NCBI GenBank assembly: GCA_965235115.1
Contig: OZ249436.1
Span: 54,810,001 to 54,874,000 of the forward strand
Length of the DNA stretch: 64,000 nt
Direction of reading: 5' to 3'
Origin: Laetmonice hystrix
Lineage: Eukaryota
The notes beneath the pieces are model-generated. The model was given only the letters and a program-made list of their open reading frames with translations. It did no database searches and had not been told where the DNA came from. Made by a program: the position numbers and the translations under genes. Every line of letters starts with the position of its first letter. Positions within the stretch are counted from its first letter, which is position 1. This document shows positions 12,780 through 26,020 of the stretch, one piece after another.

Positions 12780-14595
12780 GACAACAGGAAAGAGTGTCAG
12801 ATGAGCGCTAGCCGGAGCACGTCAAGTTCCAGTTCAAGAGTTATGTCTCCCTGTCCATACGCGTGTACTGTCCTTGTTACGATCAAGTTTATTCCATGTA
12901 GCATCCCCTGTTTCTAGGGATGAATCATTCGTGGCTAATGGTAATATACAACCAAAATAACCAAATGGTATTTTTGTATCGGCCGAGAACTCGTTTTGAA
13001 GGTCTGCCAATATCTCGGAAGCACGTATGAAAGCGATTTCTCACAACACTCACAACAGAATTCACCATACGGACGATAGACATCTGTAAGAGGCACAAAA
13101 CTTTCTTATTTACCTATGATATTTCGAGATAACCCGACTTCTATGAGTTTACGACTGCTTCATTCTTTCCGCAGGTATACGTTAGGTCTCTGCTCTGTCA
13201 CCAACCCTGCACACCGGTAACAGATGCGGCAACCATTTGTCGGCGTTCTGGCTGTTGGAGTTATTTCTCCGTAAATCCGTTAGATGGCGTACTCATCACC
13301 TCGCCTGTTTTTTAACAGTATAGGCGCCTATTGTAGGTTTATACAGGACCGCAGTTAAAACAAAAAGGTGTTGTCAATGTTCCGTGTTTGGTTGTAAAGC
13401 TGTGGACGTCGTGGATCTGGGCGATTGTTCCAGTGTTTGCAGTGATGGGTGTGAATGATCTGGCTGCCTATCCCAACCCAAGGGATTACCGCTGCACGCA
13501 TGGGCTGAGCCTAACCTCCACGTCAATACCAATTAGATTTAGATTAACCCCCATCTCTAGAGGCGTCTAACATGTCAGGCAACCAGTGCAATATTTCCCT
13601 GATGTTGTGCGAGCGTGGCTTCCTGGTACCAAATGTTTAAACTCAGATGCTTCGGGCACTGTCCGCAGAGTTCAGACGTACGAGGCAGTGAAGCATGACG
13701 TATAACTCCTTCAGAATGCGACTTTAAGATTAGTAAATGAAGACTTATGATCATAAACTTACCGATACAACAATGGTGAACGATTACCTTGATAAATACT
13801 CTGGGGCGTTAGTCGTGGAGTAGCCGCGCTACCATGTGGCTACCTTGTTCTAAGACCTACATAAGTACATTTCTAGGTCAGTGCCTCTGAGTCCTCTGTT
13901 AATGCGAATAATAAGATCAATGTTGGCGACACGGATCCTCCGGAGGTAGACATAGAACATCCATGCGTGAACTACATTAAGTCTTCCACCTAATCCTCCT
14001 CACCTTTCCGTTCATACACTAGATCTAGGTCAATAATGTACAACTATCAATTAAGATGGGGGAAATAATAATATTGTTACAAATAAATTTCTATCTGTTA
14101 TATAGTACAACGCCGGTATGTTTGCGGCGTATACTCTCAATATCGTTAATTTTTACTTACATTTACTTACAACATTCATTTAGTTTTAACGCTAATAGGT
14201 CTATAAGATTTCACACGCTTGAGTGTGAGCAAGTTTGAGAACGCCTCTGTCCTTTTGCGGAAACCTTCAGGTAAAGCAACCTATAGAGAAGGAGTTCTAA
14301 GGTTTATAGATATTTTGAACTGTCATAAAAAAAACCTTCAAAATTCGTCAGAAGGCTGGAATAACATTACTGCTCTCATACAACGCGCAGTAATTATGGG
14401 TTGATCCTATAAATATGCCCACTGTCCCCGGGACAGTGTCGATCTCGTCAATAGGTCGATACAGCCATAATATTACTTCAATACCACATCTTGAAGAAAA
14501 TGAAAGCAAACTAAAAAGGTGACTCTGAGTCTGAGGTACAGAAATAAATCAATAAATTATATAGATGAAGTAGCGTCCCACGCGGGCATGCCCTT

Positions 14596-15426
14596 TCATA
14601 AGTAATGATTGTAATGATTCTCCATTCTCACAGCGGTCGTGCCGTCCAGGAGTTGGGACAGACGGCGAGGAGAGACGACATCACCAAGTTTCCTGTCCCT
14701 GACGGCCGCTGGTCGCCGCGGGTTCTGACCTGGTACCCTGCCATATTCTTCTATCACACCCTGCACACGGCGCTCTAACGGTGTATTTAGTGTCGGTTGT
14801 TTGCCGCCAGGGGCTTCACTTCCCGATTGGAACTTCCGGTGTTTTATAGTTCCTTGTCTTATGGTTTCCATAGATGCAAAAGTAGCCGTTTCGATGTCAG
14901 GTAGATCTATAGTTTCCAGAATCGCCTGTCTCATTTTTACACGGTCTGGTCTAGATTTTAGCCATCCATGGTTAGACGTGGAATCCTTTGTGAAACCTGT
15001 CACGTGATCTATGTTCGTGTCATTGGTTCTCCCGCCGCCGCCTCGTTTTAGATTATCAGGTCCTCTATCTGGTGGTTGGTCGAGACCTCGTTGTCGCATC
15101 AGAGACTTGTAGTGGTCGACGTACCGTGGGGTCAGGTCAAATAGGACACGGTCCCTCCGAGGGCTTTCTGGGAAATCTTGGGGCAGTTCTGGCAGGCAGG
15201 GGCTCGGGGCAGGATCCGCTGGCATACTGGAAGCGTCGTCCTGAGCTGGGTTCAGCGATCTGGAGCACATGCTCGTATTCGGTTTTGTTCTCTGTCTTTT
15301 CTTGCTCAGCTTTGAAATTGTCTCTTGCGAAGTCGTCGGAAAACTGTAGGTCAGATTTTGTGCCAGAACGTACTGAAACTGTGGCTCATCATCATGAGCG
15401 TAGGAGCTACCACTTCTCCCACTCAT
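14596..15426 (-). CDS. Uncharacterised protein, single-exon ORF, 276 aa
   Basis: ATG in good context (aagATGa), 831-nt ORF, hydrophilic and Pro/Arg-rich. No domain recognised. Confidence 0.6.
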   Translation of the reverse strand: MSGRSGSSYAHDDEPQFQYVLAQNLTYSFPTTSQETISKLSKKRQRTKPNTSMCSRSLNPAQDDASSMPADPAPSPCLPELPQDFPESPRRDRVLFDLTPRYVDHYKSLMRQRGLDQPPDRGPDNLKRGGGGRTNDTNIDHVTGFTKDSTSNHGWLKSRPDRVKMRQAILETIDLPDIETATFASMETIRQGTIKHRKFQSGSEAPGGKQPTLNTPLERRVQGVIEEYGRVPGQNPRRPAAVRDRKLGDVVSPRRLSQLLDGTTAVRMENHYNHYL

Positions 15427-18400
15427 CTTAAATATGGTAGTCTGTTTCAGCAGTTGGGCATGGTTGAACGGCAGTATTGCGGACTGTTGACAGTATACCT
15501 AGTAAGATGCACTCAATTGTTTCAACACCCCAAGTTAGGCCTAATAATAAAATCCCTCCTAAACAGTGTCGATTACTGGAGCCCATGATCGATAGCCATC
15601 GGTAAAATCTGAACGATTCCAGAATGGTCCACTAATGCCGCCATGCCCGAGAATGGAATCCTTTCTTCAACTATTCCGGGAGAGTTCTACTTTCGGTGTG
15701 AGGTATTCAAAGTTCTTTGTAAATGAACTGTGTCAAACTCCTCAGAGAAGCCGTCTGGCCGTTCGCAATGCCCGATCCATTCACGAGTCCGCGGTCGCTT
15801 CTAGTTGTATGAAAGCCGAATTCCAGAATGTTCCTTCAACTTCGTGTCTCAAACTGGACATTCACTTGGTCCATATTATGAGGGTAATCAATACAACTGA
15901 TACCTAGCAGACCAGATGACAGGAAGCGCCAGTCCAACATGATTTATAATAAACCTGTATCTTTGACGTGCTGTAGATCATCCTCTATCCGACGATAAAC
16001 CAAGGTCCAAAGTATCTAATTCAATTCCGACGAGCAATCCGAAACTCTGCGCGGCCGTAACTCTAAACGTGTTTTGTCCGTCACAGTTGGTAGCTTGAAC
16101 GTATAGGCGTAACATCCTAAAGTTAAGTTAGTCGTATAGTTTAAACGCACTATATGGGGCCTGAGTTGAACCGATTAATTAAGGTGATTGTATAATATAC
16201 GAGACTGGCGAGGGCAGCATGGGGCCGAACTACAAGTACAGGTCCAGTCTCTGTGTGCTGAACAATGCCGATGGGCCATGAGATAAACAGGTGCCACGAG
16301 TTCAGCAGTATATAAAATACATCAAATATAACCCAGAAATATAGACTTTGACGGTGAGGTGTAAGTTATTGTTAAGCCATTGTTATTTGGAACCTATAGT
16401 ATATTATCCATACCTACAGTGACAGAATGGTTCACAGGTAAGTCAACCTTTATTTCATTCTATGTCACGGTGCGAGGTATTTTTCAAGCATCGATATTGA
16501 AACAAGTTACGATTTTTTTTACATGTCTTTGTTCTTTATCCACACTCTAACTACGCCGGAATGTGTCAGTGATAAGATCATTTTCTCTGGTAAACGATTT
16601 ATGACTATGTCAATAATAGGCGCTTTGTATTAATCATTCCATTATAGGCTGTAGCATGGGCACAATACAGGTGAATATGCATGTGCCAAGCATGTTGGCC
16701 TTTTCAACTTGAAGACGTTTCATTATTGATATTCTTCGAAGATGAGTACCCAACACCATTGACTGATTTAAGACGATTCTCTAGGCCTAGCAATAACCTC
16801 TCGCTCGCGTCGTCATGAATCAGTACGTCCGAGTGCCAGAAACGACCCACCTGTTAGAGTTTAAGCGTTTACCTGCCTTGTTTATAGCTGTAGAGATGTC
16901 CTGTATAGCCTCTAGTGTATAGCCTCTATGTCTCGATTACTGTGGCCAGTGCATCGATTCATAATAGAACCTCGTTTCTATAGGCCTACATTTTACTACC
17001 TTTCAGGCCTGACCAGTCATTTCGATGGTCATTGACGGCAGTTAGGGAAGAGCAAACAGTTTTATTTGAGTTCCTGGGATTAGATCTGATACGTTTTTAC
17101 ATACAAAACAACTATCGATAATAAGTATAAGACGGTTAAAAATACAATCAAGTGCGTTTTATATTTCCAAATAGTTTGGCCTACAGGTCATTAGCCTACT
17201 TGATGACAGCCCTTTGTCGCAAGAAAATCTCGCCCTTGACTCGCTCGTCTCAAAGCAGATGTGTCAAGTGTATGTACTCGACTGCCACTCAAGTGTCTGC
17301 ACACAGACTTGCTACACGGCTTCACGTCCGAACTACACTTTATATGTTTGTATCTACCACGGCTCAGACATCTGTGTGGAGACTGCGCTATCATTTGGAC
17401 ACGGAGCACGGTCCTGAATCTAGGCATGCCTAACTACGACAACCTGCTCGTGTATTTGTTGAGAACAATTTGCTGGATTTGTAAAGTCACCTTAGTCGTA
17501 TGAAATGGTCTTCATGAAGTATTTTATTCAAAAGTCTTGAAAAGAAGCCGGTATGTATCGACCCTACATACGCCCGCGATTACAACAACGTTATGGAGAG
17601 TACAACCCGGGACAAACCGGAAGTGGACCTTCTCATGGTTCATGTTCCCCCCGCAGGTGTCGACACCGTCGATTTTCACCGATCTGTGGAACATAGGAGC
17701 GCGAAGGGCAGGAGGAAAAGGGGTTCAGCCAGAAGGTAGCTATGCAGGGTAGATGTTACAAAATGAAAGGGGAGGGTTAGCGATTCCTTCTGATGATTAG
17801 GCCTACAGTCTGGGTTTTCGTAAATTTAACATTGATTTCCGTGAATTTAAAGTAGGGCTATAGGCCCACTCCACACGTCCTATATAAACAAAACATTTTT
17901 GGCCCCTAACGATTGTTCTCCATCTATGGTATTGTACGTAGTTCCAACAGTGAACAAAAGCAACTGAGTGAGTCGAACTCTTAAGAACTAGAGGTATACA
18001 ATTTTGATGGGGCACGTTGAAATCTCGTAGAAGACTCATCCACATGCCGATCTGGGGAAGAGCCGTATGTGAAGCAGCTACTTTCTCAAAGTTTCAACAT
18101 TTTTTGTATTTGTTTTCGTTTTCCCTTTTGTCTTCCCTGAAGCTTTAACTATAATAAAATGCACTGAACTCATTTTCATGAATTACAACCCTTCTGTACA
18201 CAGAGATAGCACAAACTGTTGACAACTTGACACTGACAGCGTGAAGTATAGGGCCTGCTTTGGGGGAAACCGTTTTTACACCTGGCTCTAGTGCCATAAA
18301 CAAATCATAGGTGTCAGTGACTTGCGCTCAGTCTCGGAGATTTTTGGGTTCACGGGGAGTCACATTGGGGAGCGTGGACCTCTGTGTTCTGACCACGTCT

Positions 18401-20816
18401 TTCTATTGATTATCCTTCGTACAGAGACGGTAATGCCAACAGTATCAAAACTCTATCAGGTGAGTGTGAACTAACTATACCACTGAAAAAATTTCGATTT
18501 TCAGATCGACAATTTCTGAGAAAGTACGTAGACCAGAACAGACAGGAACAGCATTCTGGAAGCGTATGAGCTGCAGGACTGCCACCCGATATACGCATGT
18601 TCTCTTCTTCTTCAAGAAGAGAAATCTTTTGGTCTCTCTCTCTTCAAGAAGAGAGTTTTCACCCAGCATGCCTAGTGGTGCGGGTGCAGTGGGTGGAGAA
18701 TTTCTTTTTCAAACTGAGGCCACTTTAATAACCTCATCCCCTGGTACGACACAGGGATTGTCTTACACCGGCATTCTGGCAAAATAAGTAAATGAGTTTA
18801 ACTAATTATCGGCACGAAAAATATGTTTGGGATAGGGTTACGGTTAGGCCTAGGGTTAGTGTTGGATATGGAGACAGTCCAGTGCTAGCTATTGCTTTGA
18901 ACGTTTCATTAAAATACTTCTCAAGGCCGACAATGGGGTAGTAGTCTATGTATTTCATGACCGTCTCTATGTAGACATGGGTACTACATTCAGCAATATT
19001 TAAATATGAACTAAATTTTATAACCGCCATTATCAGCGTCATCTTTAATCCAGTAGCACCACTTTACAAAGCCGATTTAACGTTCGCCGTCGACTTACTG
19101 AAGTGGTGTAATTGGCTTACAGGTTTGGGATAATGTACATTTAATCACCCTGTCTGCCGAGTTCACCCTCTCTACAGGCCAACAGCCCATGAGCCACTTT
19201 TTCTTTCTGGCTGAGAATTTCTGGACAACTTTCTCTCTTCAACAGTTTCATGCTACCTATATGATACCAGGTTTAGTAGACCGAGTGGCATAAGGGAACC
19301 CCAGTAACTCACGCCAAAGTGCGTGAAAACGCGTGAAAACGGCGCAGTGGTGTCACCCTATTATCGCTTAACATAGGCGCAGATAGGACGTCTGTATTCA
19401 ACCCATGACTACACTTGCTGGGGTGACTATTTTGATCAGAAAGGAGGGTTAGACTGTGAAACAGAATGTAGGAAAGGCTTAGAAAAATGTTCGGTGCCCT
19501 AGCAAACTCTTAGATATTTTAAAATCAATTAATTAGAATTAAAATCGAGAGACCCAATCAGCGACGTCAGGAACAATGCACAATAGCGCTACGTCACAAT
19601 GGTCATTTGGAATGTGATCACAACGGGTCTAAATAGTAATGGCGGACGGTGCTTCGCTTCGCCAGTTCAAACGTCTCTAACTGCTAAAATACACAAGGAA
19701 GAATGTTGAAACGTGACATAGGGGGATAAAATATTGAACCAAACAATGTCACTGACTTAGAATTGTATAGCAAGGTCCCCCCTTTCTTAATTCAAGCACT
19801 GTCATCGCCGGAGATCGGTGAAGTTTGTGACGTTACAATTTCGTACCCTCGTAATCTGACAGTTTTTCCGTAATTCTTGAAAAGATTAAGTAACAGATGT
19901 GAATGCCATATACTTTTATAGATCGAGGATTACGGTAAAATTCGGTCTGGATAGATTCTAAAATTAAGAGTTGTGGTTTAGTATTTCTAATGGGCCGTTT
20001 TTATTGGGGCCTGCTTGACCCAAGCCAAAGTCAATGAGTGGGCGATAATGGACTGACACCATGCGACTGCGCATGTCCGAGACTTTGGTTCCCTATGGGG
20101 TTCTGGCTAGTTCCGATAATGACCGCTAGGAGGTATCGACTGAGCCAGCAAGGGACTGAGTGGACCTCTTAATGGAGGAGGGGCGGCGGGGGGGGGGGGG
20201 ACGTTGCAAATTCGTAATGACTGTTACCAGAAAAGCAAACACCCTTCTGTTCCATATTACCCGCCACCTTTTAATCAGTTCGCTTTAGCATAGCATAGCT
20301 TTAGCATAGATTAAGGGGGAATTAGGTCAATTAGGTCAATCAGAATGCAAAAGAGCAGGTGTTGCCGTCCATGGAGAAAATGTAGTGTAAGTTCTATAAT
20401 AATTGATAATTTTGAAAGAAGCGGACCGAACAATGTATTCTTAAAGCAATCACCGTGTATCTCTTATTTCAATGCATGAGTCCAAAATGCTATATTTATG
20501 AGCAGCTTGCATGGATTGGGCACTGGAAACACATTGCATGCACAGAGTTTTTTTTAAATGAGCTAATGGGCTTCGGTTCATATGGTAGGTTGGTAAACGG
20601 TTTATATGGTGACGTTCAATATAGGCCTACCCATGTATACTTAGCACAATCGGACATTAAAGTTTTGGTGCTCAACACGTGATCGTTTCAACATTTCTGA
20701 CCTAGAATTGTAGGTTTCTTGAAGTCGTGAAAATCCCAAGATCACCTTTACCAATGCGGATTATCTTTATTATGTGGCGTGGATTAATCCGGTTGATCTG
20801 ATTTGGTGTATTGCAG

Positions 20817-23040
20817 GATCTCCATTGATTCACAGCCGGTGGTTCTCCGAGACCGTTATGAGGTCGGGGGTACGGCTCCGCGTGGGGTAAGGCCACCTTC
20901 ACGGAGCCCCTTCCGACCGCTGGGTAAGGTTCGGGTACTCAGGCGCCTCACCCCCAACCTGCCTCAACCTGTGACCGACCCCAGGGGGTCTCCATACAGT
21001 CCTGCCAGCTTTGTGTTCAAACACACCAAAGATAACAGCAGTGGTCCCAGCGGTGGGTCCGGTACAACCTCGCCTCCACCACCGCCGCTGGACTTAGACC
21101 ACTGGGGGACTGAGGCAACCTCCACGGCCATGGTGATTAACACAGCCCGGTGTGAGTACGTGCGCCGGTCTCTACCCACTGGGTCCAGCTCAGGTCTGGA
21201 ACCTCCCGCCTCTAGATGTGGCGTCAGTGATTACCAGAACGGTGGGTTGAACAGAGCCACGCGGTCACTTCCGCCAACGTCCTTCTCAGGCGGAGGCGTT
21301 CAGAGTCTCTCCATTTCAAAACACGATCTGCCGCTGCCTCGTTTGTACTCGAACAGTCATCAAGGAACGACGTCCTATCCTATGAGTGCCACCTATAATA
21401 GAGATAGGAGTTTTGCGAACAAGATCAAGTTAGTGTCCCAACGCCAGCGAGTATGGGACGAGATGAGCAGTCGGCGGGGCAGTGTGAGCCTTCCCATGCG
21501 GATCAAAGTTCGGATGTCGTGTGGCTACGGAAACTCTGAGCAGGACCGACAGGTGGTGGAACAGGCCCGGCAGGGTATTAGGGACATCCTTCGAGAGGCG
21601 CCACCTCGCCCCGACCCCTGCACCGACTACCCTGACGGTGATCAGTGTGACGGACACGATTCAGGTGGTATAAACCCCCAGTCTCTCCAGTATACAGAGG
21701 GGGACATCAATGAGCGCGTGGCGTTGAGGAAGGAGGGGTTGTGTGAAGGGGGGATTTTACCGCCTCAGTGGTCTGTACATGAAGACATGAAGGGCCACAC
21801 GTACACGGCGCCCAATGACCAACCAGCCGGCCGAACGGGACACATCCGTCGGGAAACCCCGACCTCCAGGCCAAACTCGCGGGTCGGTGTCACGTCTGAC
21901 CCAAGGGTGGCCAGGACAGAACCCACCTCTGCAGTGATAACGCACTGTCTACATAGGAACTCCCCGACTGGACCCCCCAAAATGGACATGCCCCATACTG
22001 TGATGCTGCCCCAAACTGGGATCCTCACCCAAACCGGTGTCCTGCCCCAAACCGATGGCCTACCCCAAACGGACTCCGGTTCCCAGACATCCCGGTCCAC
22101 GGTCAGTACCCCCGGGTTATCCCGACGGTCGAGAAGTAGCTCGTCGTCTGGAAGCACCCCGTCCAGTCCGGGTCCGGGTCCGGGCCCGTGCAGCCCGGCG
22201 GGGATAGAGAGGCCAGCCTGGCCCAGTCTGATCGACGTCCAACGGTTGACCATCGGTGGCTTCAGATACAGACAGAACTCATACGAGGCCAGCAGCCGGA
22301 CTGCAGTCGGCCCGTCCGACGCGGACATATCGGGGCAGTCAGTGCTCGAGGAGAAGAGGAGGGCGATCATCATCGTACCGTCTCACACCGGCGACGACTG
22401 CCCACTGTGTAATTTATATTACTCCAAAGATGATTCATGGCCAGAGGGTTCCTCCACTCCATGCAATACAACTCATCACCAAGAGAACAATAACAAAGTA
22501 CTTAAAGTTAAGAAACCTATGAAGGATTTGTCCAAAAGGTCTTCAAAATCTGACCAATGGCACAGGAGGCCTATTGCGACAGCATCCCATATTATTGGAA
22601 ATACAGGGACGTCGGAAATAGGAAATACATCGAAGCAGGAGCAGGAGGAAGAGCTTAGAACGGAGCCGGAATCTCATAACCAAGCGGAACCGGAAACAGC
22701 CAAGATTGGGGCCATTCGTCCTTCTTCGGCGCTACTACCGCGGCGACCGCGCTCGGCCGGGACGGCGCTGCACCAACCGGCCAGGACCACGCTGCACCAG
22801 CCAGCCGAGATGACTGTCCACCAACTGCGCTCTCCTTTCCAAAACGTGCGCCAGGAAGCCATGAACATGACGGTCCGGATACCGGTCGTGTTGTCACTCC
22901 GGCAGAGACAGCGGGCTCAGTACGACACGTTTGTGAATGGTTTGAAGAAACCGGTCACGTTCAAGATGTCTTACGCCAAGCTCAGCCCTACTGACCGTCC
23001 AGACGTGTCACCGCCCAAGTCTGGTGACCAGGGCGAATAG
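20817..23040 (+). CDS. Large terminal coding exon of an uncharacterised Ser/Pro/Arg-rich, probably disordered protein (~740 aa in this exon)
   Basis: 2.2-kb open frame beginning at an acceptor (gtattgcag|g, phase 2); AATAAA at 23243-23248; internal LPQTG-like hexapeptide repeat. Candidate upstream micro-exons are described in the findings. Confidence 0.75.
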
Positions 23041-23730
23041 ATTCCGACCATTGCATTTCGTTTTACTTGTCAGCTTGTGTCAAGTGCAAAACAGGGTTTA
23101 CAAGGGATGAACATCTCAGAGAATATTTTATATATAGTTCCTACAATATCTTCCGTATACCCCCCCCCCCCCCAAAAAAAAAGAGGCTGATTAGAAGTGT
23201 GTTCTGATATAAGTACCATTAAACAATGTGGTATTTGGCACAAATAAATTTATGCATATTTCTTTGCATGAAACATTATTATGTTTACACATACGGTATA
23301 AGCTCTATTATACAAGGTGTTAAAAAATACTCTTGGTAGTTTTAAAGTTTTGTTTTAGCAAGAGCATTATCCTGCAACAGAATCTAGAATCTTTTCAGCA
23401 GCCAGATATAGGGGGAAGTAATCAGTGGAAGAAGGATTTATGCAATTCAAAATCAATCCTATCGAATCTAGTTTTCAGTGGTCCATAGTTTTTTGAAAAA
23501 TTTTACTTTGTGAAAATTTTATTCAAGTTTAAAACTACTGAGTATTTTTTAACACCTGTATATTACATCCTGAGAGTCAGAACTGGTTGGAAAAGGCGAA
23601 ACCGTAATTTTCTAATGGCATGTAATCAAAATAATGTCATTTATAACACGCCTAGTTTCCTTCCTTCCTTCCTTCTACTTACCGGTCGTGTTTGTCAGTG
23701 ACAGCAAATTAGTGACAGTCTAACGTTAGA

Positions 23731-23844
23731 TACTAAGTCGTAATAACGACATAGCAATGTCGTAATAACGACATAATAAGTCCTAATAACGACATACTAA
23801 GTCATAATAACGACAAAACTATGTCGTAATAGCGACATACTAAG
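23731..23844. repeat. ~21-bp tandem repeat with a palindromic core (gtcgtaataacgac), ~5 copies
   Basis: tactaagtcgtaataacgaca units repeated with substitutions. Confidence 0.85.
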
Positions 23845-24449
23845 AAAGTCCCTAGCTCCCTCGGCTCAGTGGTCGACTCCCAGAGCCACCTAGCGAGGGA
23901 GCCGGGAACGAGCTTATGTCAGTTCTGACGATCTCAATGATCTTCATCATTAATTAGTCACCGGTATCCCGACTGAATGGGAGGACCAAAGTCATCAGTC
24001 CAAGGTAAATCTAGCCATGCAGCACCTGAAAGCAGTGGGCATATGTTTATTTTGCTCCAAGTTATACATCTATTCTCGGAATGCGGGTCAGCTCAAGGCT
24101 TTATTCCAAATATGGAAGTTAGGTTTATATTTGCACATACAACACCGAAGGAGCGGGTTTCAATAGGCCTATACCTACTCTGCAATCTATATAAAGTCTT
24201 ATTTTCTTCACCTTAGCATCTTAGCTTTAACCTATGACGCCTTAATTAACATCTCCAGCTACTTAAGGCGCCATAGTTAAGGCACCTTAATAATTAAGAC
24301 GCCTTATTTTTCGCGTCTTATTATGAAAGTCGCCTTATTGAGAAGCTAAGGCGTCTTGATAAGGTAACTTAATTATAAATAACATGACAAAATGCCTTAA
24401 TAGCGCGTCTGAAAATGTAATTATTGCAACCTGAATATTACTGTGAATG

Positions 24450-26020
24450 ACTAGATACATTGTGGTGATACCACAATGGATCCCATCCCCGGGGTGTCCC
24501 GTTCAACATGTTAAGAGAAGCGATAACAATGGTGCTATCATGCACCCGTGACGACTTATAGGCCTCAGAAGATGCAAATTATGTCTTTATGACAAATGAA
24601 AGAGCATATGTAACTACCTATAAGTGTTTAATAGTAACTCTGGTTCTAACCTCAACCATTAACAAGTTATATCCCTAAGACAATATGGATGACATCGTTA
24701 TGACGTCTATGTCACGTGACCTAAAAAATAATGGTCCCAAATGAAAGAGCATATGACTTCCCATTAGTGTCTAATAGTAATGATGGCTCTAACTTCAACC
24801 AATTACAAGTTATATCCCTGAGAAAATATGGATGGCATCGTTATGACGTCATAGGTCACACGACCTGAAAAATAATGGTGCCAAATGAAAGAGCATAATA
24901 TAACTTCCTATTAGTGTATAATAGTAACTATGGCTCTAACTTCAACCATTTACAAGTTATATCCCTGAGAAAGTACGGTTGACGTCATTATGACTTCACA
25001 GGTCACGTGACCTGAAAAATAATGGTGCCAAATGAAAGAGCATATAGGACTTCCTATTCGTCTTCAATAGTAACTATGGCCCTATCTGGCCCTTTTTTAG
25101 AAGTTGGAGCTATAGATAGCTAAACTGACCACTGTTGGAAACGTCAAGGTCACGTGATTCAGCGAATATAGTTCAAATCGCTTATCCCTGGATGATTCTA
25201 TGGATGAAGAAGAAGAAGAAGAAGCAGCAGAAGAAGAAGGAGAAGAAGAAGCAGAAGAAGAAGAAGAAGAAGAAGAAGAAGAAGAAGAAGAAGAAGAAGA
25301 AGGAGAAGAAGAAGAAGCGATTTAACCAATTTATAAGGTCAGGCCCAGTTCTCCCTAAGGTCAAAGGTCAAATGAAGGCTCAATTTTAAGCATGACACAT
25401 GCCTGACTATAGCACCATGATGGGTTTTAGAAATTCTCAATATGAGCTTAAAAAATGGCCTCAATGTACAAATCACGTTTGACGTCATGACGTCATGACT
25501 TGACGTCATGACTGATTGTATGACCTGTCTTTGTCATGATCAAGGTGTGTATTCATGAACAATTATGGCTCTGTCTCAAATCTTTCAAGAGTTACAGCCA
25601 GGAATCTTCCAAATGACCTAACTTTAAAATAGGTCAAATCCTTGGAAATAATGGTGCCAAACGAAAGATCATATCACTTCCTACTCGTGTACAATAATAG
25701 ACATGGCCCTTTAACAGAAGCGTCTTCGAGTTATAGCCATAGATACCTAAACAGGGCACTGTTCACAATTTCAATGTCACGTAACTCCGCGAAAATAGGT
25801 CAAATCGCTTATTCCTGGATGATTATTGAGAAGCTCTTGTCAGAGAGTCCTTCTGCCAAATATTGTCAATTTTTAAAACAAGAAGAAGTAGGGATTTAAC
25901 CGATTTACGACCTATGACCCAGTTCTCCCTAAGGTCAAAGGTCAAAGGTCAAACGAAGGGTCAGTCTTTGGCAAGACCCTTGCCTAATCACCTCGCCTTG
26001 ATAGATATTGTAAATTCTAT
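24450..26020. mobile_element. Helentron/HINE-like non-autonomous element head with internal ~145-bp tandem repeats
   Basis: ACTAGA followed by the palindrome CATTGTGGT-gat-ACCACAATG (24458-24478); the unit marker aaatgaaagagcata recurs at 24594, 24739, 24883 and 25030, with a degenerate copy near 25659; AAGGTCA motifs; microsatellite. The family assignment is inferred from architecture. Confidence 0.55.
25206..25317. repeat. (GAA)n microsatellite
   Basis: Trinucleotide run with a few GCA/GGA variants; the poly-K and poly-F ORFs here are artefacts. Confidence 0.98.

Noticed and set aside
17152..17503. Several overlapping 67-93 aa ORFs
   Set aside because: No recognisable motifs or codon bias; probably intronic or chance.
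21765..22373. 202-aa antisense ORF
   Set aside because: Shadow of the GC-rich + strand ORF; no independent evidence.
25135..25389. Poly-Lys and poly-Phe ORFs (also the LS-repeat ORFs at 9344-9632)
   Set aside because: Translations of microsatellites.
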